17,136 nt of DNA from Octopus sinensis (lineage: Eukaryota): NCBI RefSeq assembly GCF_006345805.1, contig NW_021824991.1, positions 1-17,136 on the forward strand. The letters run 5' to 3'. Position numbers and translations under genes: made by a program. Below the pieces are notes generated by a model that did no database searches, was not told where the DNA came from, and was given only the letters and a program-made list of their open reading frames with translations. This document shows, piece after piece, positions 10,461 through 17,136 of the stretch (its first letter is position 1; each line of letters starts with the position of its first letter).

Positions 10461-10494
<34 letters not shown>

Positions 10495-10500
10495 AGTGTG
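9400..10500. repeat. Degenerate AC/AT-rich array (about 9400-10030) and GT-rich array (about 10140-10500) around short unique sequence
   Basis: Directly visible low-complexity sequence; source of the YIYI/VCVC ORFs. Confidence 0.9.
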
Positions 10501-10563
10501 TGGTAGCATTGCCAGGGCTGCGTGAGATTAGATTTGCAATCTGAACTTCATAGCAACCATACC

Positions 10564-10793
10564 TATTTCTTTATTACCCACAAGGGGCTAAACATAGAGG
10601 GGACAAACAAGGACAGACATAGGTATTAAGTCTTTACATCGACCCCAGTGCGTAACTAGTACTTAATTTATCGACCCCGAAAGGATGAAAGGCAAAGTCG
10701 ACCTCGGCGGAATTTGAACTCAGAACGTAACGGCAGACGAAATACCGCTAAGCATTTCGCCCGGCGCGCTAACGTTTCTGCCAGCTCGCCGCC
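10564..10793 (-). mobile_element. Full-length, young tRNA-derived SINE (tail T1) with a 17-18 bp target-site duplication
   Basis: Starts GGCGGCGAGCTGGCAGAAACG and has B box GAGTTCAAATTCC. The flanking direct repeat CTTCATAGCAACCATACC lies at 10546-10563 and 10793-10810. Confidence 0.96.
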
Positions 10794-11039
10794 TTCATAG
10801 CAACCATACCGTCCACTTGCATACAGTGAGGGTCGAATCTTCAAGAGGGCCTTTGTTGAGGTATATCGAAATGCTAGAAATAACGGCCAAATCACCCTTA
10901 AATTGCAACACAGCGTTTAAGACGTAGCAATAGCGAAATCTCCCTAAAATCCCTACCATGCAAAAATAATTCAAGCGGAAGAATACAGCGAGTTATATAG
11001 TTGGTCGTGGTTGGAAATACCCCTTTGATCATAATAGTG

Positions 11040-11178
11040 ATGGTTTCAAATTTTGACACCCGGCCAGCTATTTCGGAGAAGTGAGTAAATTGATTAGATC
11101 GACCTCAATGCCCAGCTGGTACTTATTTCATGGACTCTGAAAGGATGAAAGTCAAGGTCGACCTCGGCGGAACTTGAC
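11040..11178 (-). mobile_element. SINE copy with tail T3, 5'-truncated
   Basis: TGATGGTTTCAAATTTTG tail and CTGGTACTTATTT...GAAAGGATGAAAG..AAGGTCGACCTCGGCGGAA. Confidence 0.87.
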
Positions 11179-11189
11179 GATGCTGCTAC

Positions 11190-11221
<32 letters not shown>

Positions 11222-11260
11222 ATGATAATCATGATAATAATAATAAATAATTATGATAAT
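11179..11260. repeat. Compound (CTG)n(GAT)n(AAT)n microsatellite
   Basis: Directly visible. Confidence 0.93.
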
Positions 11261-11282
11261 TCATTCTGCAATACGCATAAGG

Positions 11283-11437
11283 CCCCAGTACTCAACTGGT
11301 ACTTATTTTATCGACCCTGAAAGGATGAAAGGGAAAATCGACCACGGAGGAATTTGAACTCAAAACGTAAGGACGGACGAAATAATGTTAAGAACCTTGC
11401 CTAGCATGCCATCGATTCTGCCAGATAGGCAACTTAA
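11283..11437 (-). mobile_element. SINE copy lacking its tail, diverged head
   Basis: CCCCAGTACTCAACTGGTACTTATTTTATCGACCCTGAAAGGATGAAAG...GGAATTTGAACTCAAAACG...GACGAAATA...TTCTGCCAG. Confidence 0.87.
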
Positions 11438-11464
11438 TATTAATAATAATAATAATAGTAATGA

Positions 11465-11505
<41 letters not shown>

Positions 11506-11524
11506 ATAATAATAATAATAATAA
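11438..11524. repeat. (AAT)n(AGT)n(AAT)n microsatellite
   Basis: Directly visible. Confidence 0.97.
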
Positions 11525-11948
11525 ATGCCCTGATGCAGTACCAGGCAGTGGCTCTCATGGCTTCTGATCTTAACTGATTGGAAGTGTTATCATGTACATT
11601 GTTTTGTCTTGGTATAAAAGATGGGCTACAGCAAATATTCTGCTCAATACCACAGATTTGCTTGTCAGTTGTTTGACCTTAACCAGTTGAGCATGTCCCT
11701 TAGTGGCTGACGATATGTGCATCTCTGATCACGAGCAGAAGTAGTGGGGGAGCATCATAGCCATGTGTTGAGAGGGATTCTTTGGGGTTTGAATAATTCA
11801 CCTCTGGAAACATGGGTGTTTCGTTCAACATCCTTAAACAATCCTTATTCAGGGATCTTTTGAGTGAGATGGCCAGAAGAAAATTCTAACTGGGCCCCAC
11901 CTGCAAGGTCATGTGCTATTTATCTTGATATGAGATCACCATGTCGCG
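11525..11948. mobile_element. Interspersed repeat abutting (AAT)n; class uncertain (possibly a retroposon 3' UTR on the minus strand with a TTA tail)
   Basis: Complex sequence with a sharp junction to the AAT array on the left and to the Tx1 fragment on the right. I recall it as recurring in octopus DNA but have not verified this. No recognisable protein. Confidence 0.45.
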
Positions 11949-12717
11949 AGAGAAGGTCTACATACACGGTTCAAGAAACACCGAGCCGACCTGCCCGATA
12001 TGCGATTAGAACGACGAAACCGTTCTGCATGCACTCCTGCAGTGTCCACATATATCAGAGCTGTGGGCCTGTGTCAAACGGCTGCTGTCGCGTGTGGGAC
12101 GAATCAGTTTGTCAGCCGAGTCTATCGTGAATGTTGCCCCGCCACCTTCCTTTAACCGGACGGCAAGGCAGTTTTCATCGAACTGGTGGCTATGGTGATA
12201 GAATGAGTGTGGTGGACTCGTTTGAAAGGTTTAGGGACAGATACTTTCCCCTCTGGCCAATCTCTCTCCAACTTTTTCGTGTATTACTTGAAAAGGAAGG
12301 TGAGAGTAGAGAGGGAAGTTTTGTCTAATGAAAGATTTCATTAGTGGGTGAATGTAGCAAAAATGGTACGCATGAATGACGGGACCCCTTTGAACATTAA
12401 CCTGTAAAACAAAGAGAGAGAGAGGGGGGAGAAAGAAAGAGAGAGAGAGGGGGCACTTTGCTCTCATAGATTTTTCTTTTTGCCGAGGTTACCGTGGTTA
12501 TTTTTCGTAGGTTTTTCTTTTCACAGAAGACTCAAGTCAGTGTTATATTTCCTCCCCCTTTGGGGAATGCAAATTGTTAAATAAAAAACGTCACCTTCTT
12601 ATCTATTTGTGTATACGCTCCCCAAAACGTCCTGTTTTCAATCCCTTTTGATCGATTTCGAAATACAAATATTCTCCATTGTATTGTTCCCTCTGTGTTA
12701 TGCCCTGTGTGACTAAA
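11947..12717 (+). pseudogene. 5'-truncated, decayed Tx1/L1-clade LINE: ORF2 C-terminal CCHC zinc finger plus 3' UTR
   Basis: Translation from 11947 gives REKVYIHGSRNTEPTCPICD*NDETVLHALLQCPHISELWACVKRLL...PPPSFNR/GKAVFIELVAMVIE*VWWTRLKG...FVYYLKRKVRVEREVLSNERFH*WVNVAKMVRMN...NL*, ending at TAA 12405-12407. CxxC-x7-H-x4-C followed by W and a WxxR motif is typical of L1/Tx1 ORF2. Confidence 0.88.
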
Positions 12718-12775
12718 TCTATCTATCTATCTTTCTATCTATCTATGTATGTATCTATCTATCTATCTACCTATA
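12717..12775. repeat. (ATCT)n array at the Tx1 3' end (tail or target)
   Basis: Begins immediately after ...GTGTGACTAA. Confidence 0.9.
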
Positions 12776-12819
12776 TGTATATATGTGTGTGTTTGTGTTT
12801 GTGTTTGTGTATGCATGCA

Positions 12820-12979
12820 TATACGACGGGATTCTTCAGTTCCGTCTAGTAAATCCACTCACAAGGCCATGGTTAGCATATGCTGTAGTAGAAGACATTT
12901 GACCAAAGCGCCACGCGGTGGGACTGAACCTGGAACCATGTGTTGGGAAATAAGCTTCATACCATACAGCCACATTTAC

Positions 12980-12981
<2 letters not shown>
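12820..12981 (-). mobile_element. CORE-type SINE, 5' half
   Basis: The minus strand reads GTGGCTGTATGGTATGAAGCTTATTTCCCAACACATGGTTCCAGGTTCAGTCCCACCGCGTGGCGCTTTGGTCAAATGTCTTCTACTAC...CCTTGTGAGTGGATTTACTAGACGGAACTGAAGAATCCCGTCGTATA. Confidence 0.9.
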
Positions 12982-12982
<1 letters not shown>

Positions 12983-13054
<72 letters not shown>

Positions 13055-13770
13055 GTGGTGTGTGTGTTGTGTTTCGTGTGGCGTTTTTTTTTGTGTGTGG
13101 AGTGTGTGTGTGTTCGTGTGGGCGTTTTTCTGTGTCTGTGTGCAAGCAAGCATGAATATAAGTATGCATGGACGTATGTATGTATGTGTGTGTATGTGTA
13201 TGTATGTATGTATGTATGTATGTATGTATGTATGTATGTATGTATGTATGTATTATGTATGTATGTATGTTTGTTTGTATGTATGTTTGTATGTATGTAT
13301 GTGTGTGTGTGTATGTATGTATGAATGTATGTATGTATGTATGTATGAATGTATGTATGTATGTATGTATGTATGTATGTATGTATGTATGTATGTATGT
13401 ATGTATGTATGTTTGTATGTATGTATGTTTGTATGTATGTATGTGTGTGTGTGTATGTATGTATGAATGTATGTATGTATGTATGTATGAATGTATGTAT
13501 GTGTATGTATGTATGTATGTATGTATGTATGTATGAATGTATGTATGTATGTATGTATGAATGTATGTATGTATGTATGTATGTATGAATGTATGTATGT
13601 ATGTATGTATGAATGTATGTATGTATGTATGAATGTATGTATGTATGTATGTATGTATGTATGTATGTATGTATGTATGTATGTATGTATGTATGTATGT
13701 ATGTATATGTGTGTGTATGTATGCATGCATGTATGTAGTGGTGCGTGTGTGAGAGAGTGTGTGTAAGGGG
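12983..13770. repeat. Large compound microsatellite: (AT)n, (GT)n, then about 550 bp of (ATGT)n with ATGA/TTGT variants
   Basis: Directly visible; source of the HTYI/MYVC ORFs. Confidence 0.98.
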
Positions 13771-14115
13771 ATGTGTTGTGGGAGTGCCAACAGGAAAACA
13801 TGCCAAAGAAAGTGAAAAAAAGAGTGCGATGCAGTTAGCATGTAAGGAGATCGAAATTCATCTCCGTGCATTGATATTTTAGTTGGAAGTCTAGTAAACG
13901 ATACGTTACCAAATTATATCGAATGACCTTAGGCAGCACTAAGTAACACCGAAACTGTATAAACTGATACGAGATGATACTAAATGATACTAAGTAATAC
14001 GTAAACAACCATTGTGTGTCACGAATTTCTGGTTGCTAATAATATGATAATTTTTCGGACAATTACACCTTATTTCAAGAGGTGAAACATATTTTTTTTG
14101 TTTTTGTTTTCAATG

Positions 14116-14125
14116 ATGACGTCAT
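14116..14125. promoter_or_regulatory. Perfect CRE/ATF palindrome ATGACGTCAT
   Basis: Sequence match only; there is no functional context. Confidence 0.2.
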
Positions 14126-14286
14126 AAGAATTTTATAAATTTTCCAGAGAACGTGGAATAATTTTTTTTTTCCGAAGAATCTCGAAGCACGCAAAAGGTT
14201 ATAAAAATAAATATTATGGAAATATTAGGTCGATAAACAAACTTTTGGATAGGAAAATGTCGAATTCTTTTTTTTCAAACGAGATG

Positions 14287-15104
14287 TTCATCCCGATATC
14301 TACCGATTCGTCCCGATATCTACCGATTCATCCCGATATCTACCGATTCATCCCGATGTCTACCGATTCGTCCCGATACATACCGATTCATCCCGATATC
14401 TACCGCTTCATCTCGATATCTACCGATTCGTCCCGATATCTACCGATTCATCCCAATATCTACCGATTCATCCCGATATCTACCGATTCATCCAGATATC
14501 TACCGATTCATCCCGATATCTACCGATTCATCCAGATATCTACCGATTCATCCAGATATCTACCGATTCGTCCCGATATCTACCGATTCCTCCCGATATC
14601 TACCGATTCATCCCGATATCTACCGATTCATCCCGATATCTACCGTTTCATCCCGACATCTGCCGATTCATCCAGATATCTACCGATTCATCCAGATATC
14701 TACCGATTCATCCAGATATCTACCGATTCGTCCCGATATCTACCGTTTCATCCCGACATCTGCCGATTCATCCAGATATCTTCCGATTCATCCAGATATC
14801 TACCGATTCATCCAGATATCTACCGATTCATCCAGATATCTACCGATTCATCCAGATATCTACCGATTCGTCCCGATATCTACCGATTCATCCCGACATC
14901 TACCGATTCATCCCGATATCTACCGATTCATCCCGATATCTACCGATTCATCCTGATATCTTTCGATTTATCCCGATATCTACCGATTAATTCCGATATC
15001 TACCGATTCATCCCGATATCTACCGATTCGTCCCGATATATACCGATTCATTCCGATATCTACCGTTTCATCCCGATATCTACCGATTCATCCTGATATC
15101 TACC
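14287..15104. repeat. 20-bp minisatellite, about 41 units of CCGATTCATCCCGATATCTA
   Basis: Three units per 60-nt line stay in register across 14 lines with no indels. Confidence 0.98.
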
Positions 15105-15129
15105 TGCTAATATTTATAGTTTTATTTAA

Positions 15130-15349
15130 GGCGGTGAGCTAGCAGAATGGTTTGCATGTCGGACAAAATGCTTAGCGGCATTTCTTCCGTCTTTACGCAC
15201 TAAATTTACATTCTGCCGAAAGCGATGTTTTCTTTCATCCTGTCGGAGTCGATAAAATAAGTACCAGTTCAATACCAGAATCGATGTCATCAACTTACAC
15301 ATTGCCTCGAAATTACTGAGCTTGTGTCAAAATTTAAAACCATTATTAA
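15130..15349 (+). mobile_element. Full-length diverged SINE with tail T3
   Basis: GGCGGTGAGCTAGCAGAA...AAATGCTTAGCGGCATTTC...CTTTCATCCTGTCGGAGTCGATAAAATAAGTACCAG...AAAATTTAAAACCATTATT. Confidence 0.9.
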
Positions 15350-15356
15350 TATAACA

Positions 15357-15553
15357 AGAACCGTTAACATGCAAGTCAAAATGCTCAGCGTCTGCCTTTA
15401 TGATCTGAGTTCAAACTCCGCCGACATCGACCTTGCCTTTCATCCTTACGGGATCGATAAAATAAAGAACCAGTCAAGGACAGGGGCGTATATAATCGAA
15501 TGCCCCTCTCCCACCAAATTCCAGGCTCTGTACTTATAGTATGAAAGATTATT
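15357..15553 (+). mobile_element. Diverged SINE with tail T2, in tandem with the previous copy
   Basis: CTGAGTTCAAACTCCGCCGACATCGACCTTGCCTTTCATCCTTACGGGATCGATAAAATAA...CCCCTCTCCCACCAAATTCCAGGC...GAAAGATTATT. Confidence 0.87.
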
Positions 15554-15932
15554 TGCTTGAACTATGTGTTTCGATCTGATTTTACCTTCGCAGTCAAAGC
15601 TATACTCGGATCAACAGTTTGAACAAGAACAGACCTTCTTGTTTTGTTTTTTTTAGAATTCAGCAAATTATTTTATGATGCCGAATCGGTAAATAAATAA
15701 TCAAGAGCACTTAAAACAGGGAATCAAAACTATGATGTATATATTTCAAGTTTCGGTATATTTGAACGTTAATTAGCGGCTGAGATAATTTTGTTAAATC
15801 AAGAATAAATAGTGTTTGGTATTGGACACACGCATACATGCCAATGTGGTTCATACACATGCCACTGGCGAATCTGTGTTATTTCTCTTAATTCACATGT
15901 GTGTGTGCGTGTGTGTGTGTGTGTGCATGTGT

Positions 15933-15961
<29 letters not shown>

Positions 15962-15964
<3 letters not shown>

Positions 15965-16328
15965 AGCTGTTAAAATGCTTGCTTTCCAACCAAATAGTCC
16001 GGGTTCAGTCTCACTGCGCTGAATCTTGGGCAAGGGTCTTTTACCACGGTCTCAGGACGACTAAAACCTTGTGAGTGGATTTATGTGTGTGTCTGTGTGT
16101 ATGAGTGTGTGTGTGTGTGTGTGTGTGTGTTTGTGTGTGTGTATGTGCGTACACGTGTGTGCGTCTGTGTGTGTGTGTATCTCTGTGTGTGTCAGTGCGT
16201 GTGTTTTAGCCGTTCGGTAGAATACTCCGATAGAATATATACCAGGTTTACTAAAAATGTAAGTAATGGGGCTGCGCAGTACCCCAGCTTGGCCGTAGTC
16301 TAAAGACTGAAACAAATGATAAAAGATA
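15962..16328 (+). mobile_element. Near-complete CORE-type SINE with an internal (GT)n microsatellite
   Basis: Head GGGTTCAGTCTCACTGCG, CORE-like CTTGGGCAAG, CCTTGTGAGTGGATTT, internal (GT)n at 16083-16200, then 3' part CCGATAGAAT..ACCAGG...GACTGAAACAAATGATAAAAGA. Confidence 0.87.
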
Positions 16329-16341
16329 CATACTTACATAC

Positions 16342-16380
<39 letters not shown>

Positions 16381-16384
<4 letters not shown>

Positions 16385-16575
16385 ATCCAAACAAGAAAGC
16401 ACAAAAAAAATAAACAACGCGAGGACGTGGAACAAATATAGTATTATTGGACGCTCAGGAAAGAAGGAGGGTTTAACGTTTCGAGCGGAGCTCTTCGTCG
16501 GAAACATAGGAAAAGGAAAGATACAGAGAAGGGAAGACAGAGGGAAAAAAATCGCCAACGGTACACACGAGGTCC
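16381..16575 (-). mobile_element. Probable Penelope-like element terminal-repeat fragment carrying a minimal hammerhead, abutting (AT)n
   Basis: On the minus strand the hammerhead is followed by about 90 nt ending ...TTTCTTGTTTGGATTAAC and then (TA)n at about 16340-16380. Confidence 0.6.
16471..16505 (-). ncRNA. Minimal type I hammerhead ribozyme (HHR-3) with CCGACGA core and palindromic stem III
   Basis: The minus strand reads GUUU-CCGACGA-A-GAGC(UCC)GCUC-GAA-ACGU-U^AAAC. This gives a 4-bp stem I, an extra A before a 4-bp stem II, a loopless palindromic ACGU stem III and a GUU triplet cut between 16475 and 16474. Confidence 0.78.
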
Positions 16576-17136
16576 GTACATATATGCTTATTTTTACCCG
16601 ATTGGTCTTTGCTTATTAATAACTCTTTATTCTGTTGTATGTATATATATATATATATATATAAGAATAAAGAGCTATTAATGAGGGATGATCAATGCGG
16701 AAAAATACAAATGCATCAGGTTAACAAAAGGATTTTCGATTGGTATAGAACTCCAGATAGTTATAGAATTAAGGCGAAATCCGAAGTCGAAGTTCATCGC
16801 TATTCGACTTTGTAAACCAGTGGTTGCATTACCTAGTTAAAGTAGTATGTTTTCACAGAGCGGTATGCAAGCAAAGGCATGGATAATGGACTTTATACAT
16901 TATAGACTTACAGCTGTTTCTCATATGTAATTTTAGATGGGTTCATGGTTTCATCTATTTAATCCGACGACTGATTGGTTGAAAAATGTGAACGACCGTA
17001 ATAAATGCAATTGTCTTCTAAGCCCGCACATTATATGCCAAAGTAAACGGATAAAAAGTAATAAAAGATATAGCAGATGGGGCGAAGGGAATAGAAAAAA
17101 AGGGGGTAAAAGAGAGAAAAAGGGGAGGAAAGAAAC

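Noticed and set aside
11708-11745. Canonical CTGACGA motif
   Set aside because: No downstream GAAA, stem III or stem I pairing.
12834-12840. CTGAAGA on the minus strand
   Set aside because: It arises within the SINE sequence, and no hammerhead helices are present.
13270-13500. Higher-order duplication of about 140 bp inside the (ATGT)n array
   Set aside because: It is real but is an ordinary slippage or unequal-exchange product.
14245-15096. 283-aa ORF as a real CDS
   Set aside because: It is fully explained by a stop-free 20-bp minisatellite. There is no domain, splice context or codon-level evidence.
14287-15104. CRISPR array
   Set aside because: The units are contiguous with no unique spacers, the context is eukaryotic, and there are no cas genes.
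16964-16990. CCGACGA...GAAA as a fourth hammerhead
   Set aside because: Stem II is poor, there is no valid stem III or UH site (each U is followed by G), and stem I has no partner.
16938-17136. Frame open from ATG 16938 to the window end (MGSWFHLFNPTTDW...)
   Set aside because: It is short, unrecognised, and runs into purine-rich low-complexity sequence.

Overview
This is AT-rich eukaryotic non-coding DNA packed with microsatellites and transposon remnants. The SINE families resemble those I recall from Octopus (cephalopod) genomes; I have not verified this by search. I found no intact protein-coding gene, and nearly all ORFs in the track are translated microsatellite or minisatellite. The recognisable content is: eight copies of a tRNA-derived SINE carrying three different 3' tails; four segments of a CORE-type tRNA SINE; a decayed R4/Dong-like restriction-like-endonuclease LINE fragment; a decayed Tx1/L1 LINE 3' end; two non-autonomous Helitrons; a long foldback inverted repeat; and a 20-bp minisatellite. 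The main discovery is three structurally complete type I hammerhead ribozyme folds (5104-5199 +, 5908-5962 -, 16471-16505 -). They are unrelated in their helices, yet all carry the same non-canonical core, CCGANGA instead of CUGANGA (U4C), and each sits about 90 nt from the end of a probable Penelope-like terminal repeat. A second lead is that one SINE tail matches the 3' end of the Tx1 LINE, and both insertions of that SINE subtype are joined to target DNA starting GGTAT.
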